From assembly GCA_947053645.1 (NCBI GenBank), contig CAMRTM010000003.1:16232-80231 (forward strand): 64,000 bases of DNA. The letters run 5' to 3'. Positions within the stretch are counted from its first letter, which is position 1, and every line of letters begins with the position of its first letter. The notes below the pieces were generated by a model that saw nothing but the letters and a program-made list of their open reading frames with translations, was not told the DNA's origin and did no database searches. Both the position numbers and the translations under genes were made by a program. Below, piece by piece: positions 30,834 to 39,434 of this stretch. This stretch comes from an uncultured Bacillota bacterium. GTDB taxonomy: Bacteria > Bacillota > Clostridia > Christensenellales > UBA1242.

Positions 30834-31109
30834 TTAACAAAAAGAATTGTCTACATCACAATGGTCTTTACCTCTTAAAAGACCTTTTATATCATCCCAA
30901 GACCAATAATGGTCATGTGGGCGTGGATATCCATGATTATAATCTCTATTATGAATCACCCAACCATCTGGACCAAACCATCTTTGCTGTATGAGTTCTC
31001 CTTTATCATTGTATAAATCTATTCGAGTATTAGGTGTGCTTTTACGAGGAAGACTTCCTAATCTCCCTACAGATTTTTCAATTCCTCCACTTGGTTTACA
31101 CATTCCCAT
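30834..31109 (-). CDS. Small protein resembling a polymorphic-toxin C-terminal domain
   Basis: 91 aa: ..RIDLYNDKGELIQQRWFGPDGWVIHNRDYNHGYPRPHDHYW... The R-x-D..G..H..PH-x-H pattern recalls toxin tips seen on MuF/RHS proteins. Assignment is from memory only. Confidence 0.3.
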   Translation of the reverse strand: MGMCKPSGGIEKSVGRLGSLPRKSTPNTRIDLYNDKGELIQQRWFGPDGWVIHNRDYNHGYPRPHDHYWSWDDIKGLLRGKDHCDVDNSFC

Positions 31110-31933
31110 TATAGCACCTCCTGTGGTATAAGCTCAAATGTTTTTGAAATTGTTTCGCCACCTTTACCAATAACTTTGAAAAATAGGCGTTTCCCAAATA
31201 AGTTTTTTACTTTTATATTAATAGTAAAAAGTCCTACTACATTATATTTGGTTTTTACTTTTTTTTCATCTAAATACCATTCAATTTTATTTGCATTTTC
31301 ACAAATGACAGTTATTATTCCCTGATAATTATCAATGTTTAATGATAGAATAGACGGCTCGGAACAATATAGATTTATACTATTTATATTAAATAAACTT
31401 TTATATTTGTGTTTAATAAAATCGTAATCATCCCAATCAATATTTTCATAAGGATTTTTAATCAAAGGAATATTGTTTTGTTTTATTTCAATTCCACTCC
31501 CGCCAAATTTTTCTAAATCTGAAATTATCTTCCATCTAAAAATTTTGTTTCTTTCTTCGTATTCAATTAAAGCCTTGTTGAAATGATTTGCAAATTGCAT
31601 TTCTGAGCAGTTGTTTACTTTTAAAAAATGCTCTTGTGCTTCTTCACCATAGCCAAGTCTTACTGAGTTTTTAAAATGTTTTACTCCATGACAACGAGAA
31701 CAAATTGCGAGGATATCTGTTAAAGTTTGTGTTTTCTTTTTTACATTAAATTGCCATTCTTCATGGACATCAAGGTCATCGGTTTCATAGCCGCAAATCT
31801 CACATTTGCCGTTTGCTCTTTTTAGTGCAAATACGCGTAGTCTTTCCCAATCTTTTTTAGATAGGGTTTTACTAAAATCATTGTTCCACGCTCCTTTTGG
31901 AAGCATGTTTATTGTCAATTTTAAACCTTCCAT
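31109..31933 (-). CDS. HNH-motif nuclease-like protein with C-terminal beta-rich domain
   Basis: CEICGY..DVHEEW..CSRCHGVKH (CxxC...H...CxxCH HNH zinc-finger arrangement). Confidence 0.6.
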   Translation of the reverse strand: MEGLKLTINMLPKGAWNNDFSKTLSKKDWERLRVFALKRANGKCEICGYETDDLDVHEEWQFNVKKKTQTLTDILAICSRCHGVKHFKNSVRLGYGEEAQEHFLKVNNCSEMQFANHFNKALIEYEERNKIFRWKIISDLEKFGGSGIEIKQNNIPLIKNPYENIDWDDYDFIKHKYKSLFNINSINLYCSEPSILSLNIDNYQGIITVICENANKIEWYLDEKKVKTKYNVVGLFTINIKVKNLFGKRLFFKVIGKGGETISKTFELIPQEVL

Positions 31934-31942
31934 ATTTCGCTC

Positions 31943-32680
31943 CTAAATTTCCGGGTATAACTCTCCGGCGAGTTTCTTTTTCATAAATTCAGCAAAACCG
32001 ATTTTCTTGATAAGTTCTTCACTATTGAATGGGTCAATGGCTTTGATATTTCCTTTCATTTCTTCAAAAGGTGTGCCATAACAAATGATTGCACTAGGTT
32101 TAATTTTCTCCATCATGATTTCATAGCCTTCCATAAAACCTTTTTTGTTGTCTTCTCTCGTGTATGTGGACACCGCTACAACGGAGCCTTCTTCCACACC
32201 ATCACAAAAGAAATCAAAACAGCCGTAAGAACCCCAAGAAATCGTTGGAATTACAAGCATTCCTTGCTTTTGCCAAAATGCTCCACACCAGCGATTTTTA
32301 AAAACGCTATCAATTTGTCTTGCAAGAGGCATATCTTTGTAAGTACTAAATTCAGGGGTAAGCAAAGCATAATATTGATCTAGTTTTTCTAATGAAGTTT
32401 CTGGCTTTTCATATACATTTTCAAAATTCCAGTCATAAGTAAAAAAGTGTATTGTTTTGTTTTTATTTTCTTCATCGTTTGCTTTTGTTTTTAGACAACT
32501 TAAAAATTCAATTTTATCTAAATCAATATTTTGTTTTTTGATAAGTGGCATTCCATATTTGCCACATTTTTCAAACTCATTCCGTACGAGTTTTTGTTTT
32601 TTTCTTCGCTTTTCTTCTTCATAATCGCTTTCTTGTTCATTATGAGAAAAAAGCGAACTTAATTGTTCGTTTTTTATCAT
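31943..32680 (-). CDS. DUF4417-like protein
   Basis: ..IHFFTYDWNFE.., ..LLTPEFSTYKDMP..Q..NRWCGAFWQ..G..VIPTISWGS.. matches my recollection of the DUF4417 family pattern. Confidence 0.5.
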   Translation of the reverse strand: MIKNEQLSSLFSHNEQESDYEEEKRRKKQKLVRNEFEKCGKYGMPLIKKQNIDLDKIEFLSCLKTKANDEENKNKTIHFFTYDWNFENVYEKPETSLEKLDQYYALLTPEFSTYKDMPLARQIDSVFKNRWCGAFWQKQGMLVIPTISWGSYGCFDFFCDGVEEGSVVAVSTYTREDNKKGFMEGYEIMMEKIKPSAIICYGTPFEEMKGNIKAIDPFNSEELIKKIGFAEFMKKKLAGELYPEI

Positions 32681-32892
32681 GTGATTTCTCTCCTTTTATT
32701 ATTTAGATTTTGAACAAAAGAGCCAAATATATATTTCTTTTTAGGTTATTCATTTCGTTTATATTTGCAAGTTATCCTAAAAATTTAGGGCATGCAATCA
32801 ATATGTAAAAGTTTACGGCATACTTTTTATAATTGCAATATTTAATGCCAAAAATTTGCATTTATTTTTAATGTTGATAATAAGATATTTTG

Positions 32893-33588
32893 ATGAAACT
32901 TAAATTTTTAACAATAAAAAGAAAAACAGTTCTTGCTGTTATATTAACAATGCTTATCATAGTTGGTGGATTTACCACATTTTTTACAGTGCGTGCAAAT
33001 GCTTCGCCTAAGCCACTCCACACCATTGTGATTGATGCAGGGCATGGTGGAATTGACGGAGGAGCGGTGGGAAAAACATCTGGAATAGATGAAAGCCATT
33101 TGAATCTTCAATATGCAATGGCACTGAAAAGTCTATGTGAAAAGTTTGGGCTTGGTGTCGTTATGACTCGAAGTGACATGAATGGGCTTTACGACATTTC
33201 TGCACCAAACAAGAAGAAAAGCGAGATGGCTAAGCGAAAGCAGATAATTGAAAGCAGTAATGCCGACATAGTTGTAAGTCTGCACATGAACAGTTTTCCA
33301 CTGTCGTCTGCAAGAGGGGCGCAGGTATATTATGCCATTGGGAATGATAGTGGTAAAGCACTTGCAGAAAGCGTAGGGGCGTCATTAAATCAAAGCATAG
33401 ACTATGCTAAGAAGACTGCAAAGGTGGGGGATTATTATGTATTAAACTGCACGAATAAAGCAGGGATATTGGTAGAATGCGGATTTTTGTCTAACGCTGA
33501 GGAAGAAAAATTGCTCATTTCTGAAGATTACAAAATCAAGTTTTGTTACAACTTGCTTTGTGGCATACTGAAATTTTATGAAATGTAA
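32893..33588 (+). CDS. cwlD: N-acetylmuramoyl-L-alanine amidase CwlD (germination-specific)
   Basis: N-terminal TM, IDAGHGGIDGGA, ..DIVVSLHMNSF.., ..LVECGFLSN..E amidase_3 motifs. Size is typical of CwlD. Confidence 0.8.
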   Translation: MKLKFLTIKRKTVLAVILTMLIIVGGFTTFFTVRANASPKPLHTIVIDAGHGGIDGGAVGKTSGIDESHLNLQYAMALKSLCEKFGLGVVMTRSDMNGLYDISAPNKKKSEMAKRKQIIESSNADIVVSLHMNSFPLSSARGAQVYYAIGNDSGKALAESVGASLNQSIDYAKKTAKVGDYYVLNCTNKAGILVECGFLSNAEEEKLLISEDYKIKFCYNLLCGILKFYEM

Positions 33589-33646
33589 TGCAAACGCTTT
33601 GAAATCAATAAAAAGTTTGATATCATATTTACCCTAAGAGGTAAGT

Positions 33647-34189
33647 ATGTTGATAATAGTTTCCGGAGTTTCTGGAGTTGGTAAAAATACAATTATAAAA
33701 AAACTAATTGAAAGACGGGATAATCTTAAATACTTCAAGTCGGCCACAACAAGGGCGAGAAGAGAGGGGGAGAATAATTATCTGTATCTTTCAAAGGATG
33801 AGTTTTTAAAAAGAAAAGCGAACAACGAGTTTTTCGAAACTGAAGATGTTCATGGCGACCATTATGGCACACTAAATAAAGATCTTGATATGATAATCTC
33901 TGACAATAAAAATGATTATATTAAAGACATTGATGTCAATGGTAATGCAAAGATAAGAAAGCATTTTGATGGCAAAGCAAAAGCTGTTTCTATATTTTTG
34001 GAAGCGCCAGACGAAGTGTTATATAACAGACTTATTGACAGAGGTGAAAGTATAGAACGCGCAAAGATAAGACTATCTCGCGGCGGGATGGAAAGAGCAC
34101 GAAAAAATGACTATGATATCGTGATAGAAAATATTGATATGAACAAGACAATTGAAATAATTGAAAAGTTTTTAAAGGAAAGTCGCTAG
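33647..34189 (+). CDS. Guanylate kinase-like protein
   Basis: P-loop GVSGVGKNT, ..SATTRARREGE..NYLYLSKDEF.., ..HYGT.. pattern of the GMP kinase family. Confidence 0.65.
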   Translation: MLIIVSGVSGVGKNTIIKKLIERRDNLKYFKSATTRARREGENNYLYLSKDEFLKRKANNEFFETEDVHGDHYGTLNKDLDMIISDNKNDYIKDIDVNGNAKIRKHFDGKAKAVSIFLEAPDEVLYNRLIDRGESIERAKIRLSRGGMERARKNDYDIVIENIDMNKTIEIIEKFLKESR

Positions 34190-34283
34190 GCGACTTTTTT
34201 AGTTGGCAATTTTTGACAATAAAGCCCAAAAACAAACAGATTTTTGTAATGAGAGGAAAAGGACGAAAAGTTATAATTAAACC

Positions 34284-36584
34284 ATGGAAAACATTTTCAA
34301 ATCGAATAAAAAACTTCAATATGCACTTTTCTTTCTTCTTTTTGTAGGACTGTTTTTTGTCCTACAGTTTGCAAGCATAAAAGGGGCGGTGTTTCCTTTT
34401 GCTTTTGGAATGATGTTTGCTTTAGTTTGGGCAAACCAAAAAGTGTGGCTTGTATGTCCCGCATATTTTATAGCAAGTATCGCATATAGTCAAACCTTTG
34501 AACATATCATAGCATCGCTTGTTGCAGTTTTTGTGTGCGCGCTGCCCTACTATATTCATGTGCTTTGCAAAAGAAACATGTTTAAGTGGGAAGTCTACAT
34601 ATATGCACTATTAAGCCAAACAGCCACTATAGTTTTCCAGTCGATAGGTGGTGTACATTGGATTTTGATATTGGTCCATGTAATAGTTGGACTCGCGTTC
34701 ATGGCGGGATGTGTACATATCTTTGAACCACTTATCATTCGTGGATTTGCTTATAAACTTACAAGCAGTGAACTTATATGTGGCGCACTTATCTTTGCTA
34801 TTTTCAGTGATGGACTTGCCGGGTTCACATTGGTCGGATTTTCATTTTTAAAATTAATTATTCCTTTTCTTCTGCTTTGCGTATCATATACTACTAAAGG
34901 TTATAACGCATGCTTACTTGCTGGAGTATTAGGGCTTGGGACAATGCTTGGAACAAATAATGCTGTATATGTTGCACCAATGGTGATTTGGGCACTTGCA
35001 ATAACGGCGCTTCGCTCACGAAATAGATTGCTTCCAGCACTTGCTCTACTTTTAAGTGAACTACTTTGTGGCTACTATTTTAATCTTTATTATAGTTATA
35101 CATGGCTTGAAATTTTGCCAGTGGCACTTGGCTCATTAATTTTTGTAGCCTTTCCTACCAAGTGGTATGACCAGATTGCAGTATTGTTGTCTTCCAATAC
35201 AGAGCGGCTTGCAATGAAAAATATTGTCAATAGAAATAGAGAGGTGCTTTCAAGACGACTTACAAACTTAAGCGAAGTTTTTTGCGATATGGATAATGTA
35301 TTCAGAAAACTTATCAAACAATCATTAAGCGAAGAAGAAGTCAAGACAATGCTTTTTGAAGAAGTAAGAGGTCAGATTTGTAAAGGATGTCCTGAATACA
35401 AGCATTGCCATAGAACTTTTAGTGCAGATACAAAAAATATGTTTGAAGAACTTATTCAGATATCCCTAGAAAAGGGTAGAATAACTCTTTTAGATATTCC
35501 AAGTTATCTTACTTCAAGGTGTGGCAAGACGAATGCGCTAATTGGAGAAATCAATACTTTAACAAGTCAGTATAAAAACTATTCATCGCTTGTAGGAAAT
35601 GTTGATACAAGTAAAATGCTTATTGCTGAACAACTTGGTGGAATTTCAAGCATAATGAAAGGACTTGCAAAAGAGGTAGACTTGCTTGTTTCCTTTGACA
35701 GTGTAAGAGAGAATAAAATTATAGACGAACTTGCGTATAACAACATAATCTGTACCGATGCGGTCGTTTATGAAAAGGATGCAAGGACAATGATGGCATC
35801 ATTGATAGTTCGTGATGAAGATGTTGACAGAATGAAACTTCAGCAGGTTGTAAGTAAAGTTTGTGGAAATAAAATGATGCCTTATGAAGTATATCCATCT
35901 TCCAAAGCAGGGCTTAAAACTATAAACTTAAAAACGGCATCAAGATATGATTGCGTTTTTGGACTTGCTAATCAAAATAAATCGGGAAATACCGTGTCAG
36001 GTGATTGTCATACGGTATTGCGTCTTGATGGCGATAAGTTTATGTTTGCAGTATGTGACGGCATGGGCTCTGGCGATAAGGCAAGCGAAAAAAGTGAAAC
36101 TGCGATTGGGCTTATCGAAAACTTCTATAAAGCGGGATTTGATAATGAAATAATATTGTCAAGCGTAAATAAATTGTTAAATCTAGAGAAGGATGAGATT
36201 TTCTCTACCCTTGATATATGCGTCGTAGATTTAAGAAGTGGGATTGCTGATTTTGTAAAAATGGGATCGCCATCTTCATACATACGAAGTGATGCGGAAT
36301 GTAAGATAATTGAAGGTGGCGCTTTGCCGGTAGGCGTACTTCAAAATGCAAATGCGCTTACAAAGAAAGTCGTTGTCGGTGAAAAAGATTTTATAGTGAT
36401 ATGCAGCGACGGTGTCAGTGACGCCTTTGGCAGTGACGGGGAGTTGCAGGACTACATCATGACGATAAAAAATGCAAACCCGCAAGAGTTTGCAAATGCA
36501 CTTTTAGAAAAAGCACTTGCCAATAATAACGGCTATGCTGTCGATGATATGACAATCCTTGTCGTTAAAATTTTTCAGCAATAA
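34284..36584 (+). CDS. spoIIE: Stage II sporulation protein E (membrane PP2C phosphatase)
   Basis: ~10 TM N-terminal region, central regulatory region, C-terminal PP2C ..GDCHTVLRL..FAVCDGMGSGDKA..DDMTILVVK. Confidence 0.9.
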   Translation: MENIFKSNKKLQYALFFLLFVGLFFVLQFASIKGAVFPFAFGMMFALVWANQKVWLVCPAYFIASIAYSQTFEHIIASLVAVFVCALPYYIHVLCKRNMFKWEVYIYALLSQTATIVFQSIGGVHWILILVHVIVGLAFMAGCVHIFEPLIIRGFAYKLTSSELICGALIFAIFSDGLAGFTLVGFSFLKLIIPFLLLCVSYTTKGYNACLLAGVLGLGTMLGTNNAVYVAPMVIWALAITALRSRNRLLPALALLLSELLCGYYFNLYYSYTWLEILPVALGSLIFVAFPTKWYDQIAVLLSSNTERLAMKNIVNRNREVLSRRLTNLSEVFCDMDNVFRKLIKQSLSEEEVKTMLFEEVRGQICKGCPEYKHCHRTFSADTKNMFEELIQISLEKGRITLLDIPSYLTSRCGKTNALIGEINTLTSQYKNYSSLVGNVDTSKMLIAEQLGGISSIMKGLAKEVDLLVSFDSVRENKIIDELAYNNIICTDAVVYEKDARTMMASLIVRDEDVDRMKLQQVVSKVCGNKMMPYEVYPSSKAGLKTINLKTASRYDCVFGLANQNKSGNTVSGDCHTVLRLDGDKFMFAVCDGMGSGDKASEKSETAIGLIENFYKAGFDNEIILSSVNKLLNLEKDEIFSTLDICVVDLRSGIADFVKMGSPSSYIRSDAECKIIEGGALPVGVLQNANALTKKVVVGEKDFIVICSDGVSDAFGSDGELQDYIMTIKNANPQEFANALLEKALANNNGYAVDDMTILVVKIFQQ

Positions 36585-36663
36585 AATTATTTTTTGTGCA
36601 CATTAAATTCATCGCTATACGGGGTATACGGGCATAGGAAGTTTTCTTTTTTAGGAAAAAATA

Positions 36664-36697
36664 AAAGAAAGAATAGGCAAAGGCCTATTCTTTCTTT
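36664..36697. terminator. Bidirectional hairpin terminator
   Basis: aaagaaagaataggc-aaag-gcctattctttcttt between convergent spoIIE and the hydrolase gene. Confidence 0.7.
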
Positions 36698-37584
36698 AAA
36701 AAATATATTATGTCATTGAAGACTTTTTGATATTCTTTTTCGTTTATTATTTCGTGTCGCATATCAGGGTAGGCGATGGATTGAATATTTACAAAACCTG
36801 CCTGTGCTAGTACTGTATAAGAGTCTAGCGCACCGTCATTACCACCAACACAAGGGTCTTCAAGCCCGCGCAAAAGAAGAAGTGGCATTTTGGTATTGAC
36901 ATTTTGATATCTGCTTGGCTTATGCATTAGTTTTACTAGGTGAAATAAATCATTGAAAGCAGATATAGTAAAACCGTGACCGCAATAAGGGTCCTTAAAA
37001 TACGCTTTAACATCTTCCTCATTTTTGCATACCCAATCTATAGGTGTTTTAGGATTTTTAATTGCTTTGTTGAAAACACCGACGCTCATGTTTTCGATAA
37101 ATTTAGACTTGTACTTTGCGCCACGGAAAGTTTTAATAATATTTGTAAGAATTATGCCAAATCCAGCACCCCCTTGATATCTTGGGTAGCCAGAAAGTAT
37201 AACCTTTGTATAGTCATGCGATGAACTTTGTAAAAGCACTCTTGTAATTATAGTCCCCATAGAGTGAGCAAAAATATAGATTGGAAGTTCAGGATAAATT
37301 TCTTTAATATATTTGGTAATTAACCTTTGGTCTTGTATAAGTTCTTTGTATCCCTTTTTGTCTTTGAAAAAGCCCAAGCAAGGCGCGTCGTCGCCATGCC
37401 CTCTCATGTTAGAGGTGACAACGCTGTAACCGTTTTTATTTAAAAATTTTGCAAGATGTTCATATCTTTCTTGATGCTCCTCCATGCCATGGATTACTTG
37501 CACTACAGCCTTCGCCTCTTTTACTTCAAAAACATGAATGTTTAGTTTATATCCATCTTTTGCTTCAAGAATTTCCTTTCTCAT
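36685..37584 (-). CDS. Alpha/beta hydrolase (lysophospholipase/monoacylglycerol lipase-like)
   Basis: HGMEEH oxyanion region, nucleophile elbow AHSMG, C-terminal ..DMRHE.. His. Confidence 0.8.
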   Translation of the reverse strand: MRKEILEAKDGYKLNIHVFEVKEAKAVVQVIHGMEEHQERYEHLAKFLNKNGYSVVTSNMRGHGDDAPCLGFFKDKKGYKELIQDQRLITKYIKEIYPELPIYIFAHSMGTIITRVLLQSSSHDYTKVILSGYPRYQGGAGFGIILTNIIKTFRGAKYKSKFIENMSVGVFNKAIKNPKTPIDWVCKNEEDVKAYFKDPYCGHGFTISAFNDLFHLVKLMHKPSRYQNVNTKMPLLLLRGLEDPCVGGNDGALDSYTVLAQAGFVNIQSIAYPDMRHEIINEKEYQKVFNDIIYFLKKE

Positions 37585-37669
37585 AACACCTCCGTTAAAT
37601 CAATTATAATATTTGGGGAAATCTTCGTCAAATAATTGATAGATACTTCCTTATTTTAATTTAAAAGAC

Positions 37670-37698
37670 TTGCAAAATCCAGAAAACTTTTGTATACT
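37670..37698 (+). promoter_or_regulatory. Sigma-A type promoter driving the tRNA-Leu fragment and the intact tRNA-Leu
   Basis: TTGCAA, 17 nt, TATACT. The -10 ends 14 nt before position 37713. Confidence 0.7.
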
Positions 37699-37712
37699 TA
37701 ACTTACACTTGT

Positions 37713-37795
37713 GCGGATATGGCGTGGCGGGGTTCCACGAAAACATAAATGTTTTTGGGGTGCATAGTGGCAGACGCGTTGGATTTAAATCCAGC
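37713..37795 (+). pseudogene. tRNA-Leu(UAA)-like 5' half with a 42-nt hairpin insertion; no T arm or 3' acceptor
   Basis: First 12 nt GCGGATATGGCG are identical to the downstream tRNA-Leu. A 42-nt insert follows (37725-37766, self-complementary CCACGAAAACAT/ATGTTTTTGGGG). Then GTGGCAGACGCG and an anticodon arm TTGGA-TTTAAAT-CCAGC. The downstream sequence has no T arm. Confidence 0.6.
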
Positions 37796-37841
37796 GCTAG
37801 AAAAGACAATCAACTAAAGAAAAAATGATTTAAACAAATAT

Positions 37842-37923
37842 GCGGATATGGCGGAATGGCAGACGCGCTGGATTTAGGTTCCAGTCCGAAAGGGTGCAGG
37901 TTCAAGTCCTGTTATCCGCACCA
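37842..37923 (+). tRNA. tRNA-Leu (anticodon TAG), CCA encoded
   Basis: GCGGATA acceptor / TATCCGC-A-CCA, anticodon arm CTGGA-TTTAGGT-TCCAG, long variable arm, T arm GCAGG-TTCAAGT-CCTGT. Confidence 0.9.
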
Positions 37924-37928
37924 TATAT

Positions 37929-37957
37929 CCTTTCTAAAAAGTCTTATTTTAGAAAGG
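37929..37957 (+). terminator. 11-bp perfect hairpin right after tRNA-Leu
   Basis: cctttctaaaa-agtctta-ttttagaaagg. There is no clear T run after it, so terminator function is uncertain. Confidence 0.4.
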
Positions 37958-38112
37958 AATAATAGAAATCGTTATAATGCCGATAAATAGGGCAATGTAG
38001 CGATTTTTAATTTATGTAGAATTGTTAAAAAGTTAGAATTAATAGCGAAAAAGTCTTATTTAGATATCAATGAATTTTTGATTTTCATTGATATTTTTTG
38101 TTTTTCAAGAAA

Positions 38113-38189
38113 AATCAAAACTTTCGCAAAATCAAAATAAAAAAATCAAAAGTAGCTGATTTTACCATTAAAAAAATCAAAAATCAAAA
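38113..38189 (+). repeat. Cluster of five direct AATCAAAA octamers (left island end)
   Basis: AATCAAAA at 38113, 38130, 38144, 38175 and 38182, plus an inverted copy near 38077-38084. Confidence 0.7.
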
Positions 38190-38191
38190 AC

Positions 38192-38253
38192 ATTAGCACC
38201 AATTAGCACAGATTAGCAAAAGTTAGAATGCACGAGAATTTCTGGGAATTATA
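38192..38253 (+). promoter_or_regulatory. 62-bp leader with four phased 10-bp repeats (copy A, upstream of the fiber operon)
   Basis: ATTAGCAcc aATTAGCAca gATTAGCAaa aGTTAGAAtg + cacgagaatttctgggaattata. 58/62 identical to the reverse complement of 55172-55233. Confidence 0.75.
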
Positions 38254-38314
38254 CTTGAAAGTGAGGAGGTAAAATTATTAAGAAAAACAAAAGTCGAGTA
38301 TAAAGGAGAAAGTT

Positions 38315-38956
38315 ATGGATAGCGAGTTTGTGCTAAGTTTAAAGGAGATTTCTTTAGAAATTGTTGTAATTGCTTTATTGGTGTTTGGACTCACAATGCT
38401 AATCAAATGGCCAATTAAAAAACTGACAGCAAAGTATGATGAGAACAAAAGAAAAGCTATAAACACAGTGATAGTATTTATCCCAATGTTCCTTTCATTG
38501 TTATTTAATGCATTATATTTCGGAATCTTTAAATCCCAATGGTTTTCAACACAGGCTTTTGATAGTATGGTAAGTTCATATGTTCTTGCAGTTGCAATTT
38601 ATGCTGTGTATACAAGAATTGTAATACTTATCAAGGGTGCAAAAGGACAAAGTGTAGAATCAGACCTAAGCAAAGAGACAATTTCATACATAAAGAAAAA
38701 TGTCAAAACATTATCTAAGACACTAAAATTAGATGAACAAGAACTTAACAAAATAGTTTCAAAAGTTGAGAGTCTAGTTAAACTTAGAGATGAAATTACA
38801 AGCAATGTTATATTGCAAGATATTCCAGAGACAGAAAACCTGGAAAGACAAATCAAAGAGTTGAACACTCAAAAAAATGATATCTTGGACAAGATATCCA
38901 AAAATCAATCTGAATTAGAAAAATTACAAAAATCAATTAAAAAGGAGAAAAATTAA
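38315..38956 (+). CDS. Three-TM membrane protein with long charged coiled-coil tail (holin-like architecture)
   Basis: TM segments at about aa 14-31, 49-72 and 85-106, then ~100 aa of K/E-rich coiled coil. First gene after leader copy A. AAGGAG RBS. Confidence 0.45.
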   Translation: MDSEFVLSLKEISLEIVVIALLVFGLTMLIKWPIKKLTAKYDENKRKAINTVIVFIPMFLSLLFNALYFGIFKSQWFSTQAFDSMVSSYVLAVAIYAVYTRIVILIKGAKGQSVESDLSKETISYIKKNVKTLSKTLKLDEQELNKIVSKVESLVKLRDEITSNVILQDIPETENLERQIKELNTQKNDILDKISKNQSELEKLQKSIKKEKN

Positions 38957-38958
38957 CT

Positions 38959-39402
38959 ATGTATCAGAGACAAGAATTTAAGGATAGAGAAGCAAAAAAT
39001 CCAAACAAAAGGAGAATTATAGTACTTGAACAAAATGCTAATGAAATCATTGCAAACATTGAACCAGTGGCAGAAGAGATTACTGAAGAAGGCACACCAT
39101 TTAATGCTGACCTTATGGAGAAATTTCAAGAATCAATTATTCAAAGTGAAACCGACTCGTCAGAAGCTCTTAGAATCGCAAGAGAGGCTAAATCACAATC
39201 ACAAGAATCATACGACCACGTGGTTTCAGTTCAAGGAACAAAAGTTACAAAAAATGGAGCTTTCGTTGCGAATTTTAATGCAGATGAAAAAGTCGACCAA
39301 ACTGATTTTGAAGCAATTGTGCGAAGAGTAGCCGCTTTGGAAAATAGTCCTATTATGACAAAAATAAAGTATGATTCAGAATCAGATACTTTTACTATTT
39401 AA
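38959..39402 (+). CDS. XkdV-like tail-fiber N-terminal domain protein (stub)
   Basis: MYQRQEFKDREAKNPNKRRI..EEITEEGTPFNADLMEKFQESI follows the Y-x-R..F-x-D..P-N-R..GTP..A..M pattern of Firmicute prophage tail-fiber N-termini. Only 147 aa. Confidence 0.5.
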   Translation: MYQRQEFKDREAKNPNKRRIIVLEQNANEIIANIEPVAEEITEEGTPFNADLMEKFQESIIQSETDSSEALRIAREAKSQSQESYDHVVSVQGTKVTKNGAFVANFNADEKVDQTDFEAIVRRVAALENSPIMTKIKYDSESDTFTI

Positions 39403-39434
39403 GTTGTTGCTTACATTGACAAAAAGGAGGAATT

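Noticed and set aside
37934-38068. Direct repeat AAAAAGTCTTATTT (near 37936 and 38050) as a candidate att site
   Set aside because: The two copies lie 115 nt apart on the same side of the island, and the first is part of the hairpin after the tRNA. No copy was found at the right end.
38041-38190. CRISPR-like appearance of closely spaced short repeats
   Set aside because: The repeat unit is only 8 nt, the spacing is irregular (7-31 nt) and there are no cas genes. These are not CRISPR repeats; they are reported instead as an octamer cluster.
39026-39331. 101-aa ORF overlapping the XkdV-like stub gene in another frame, and the 41158-41361 ORF inside the tail-collar gene
   Set aside because: These are same-strand alternative frames of genes whose main frame has clear family motifs. 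They are K/Q-rich and low-complexity.
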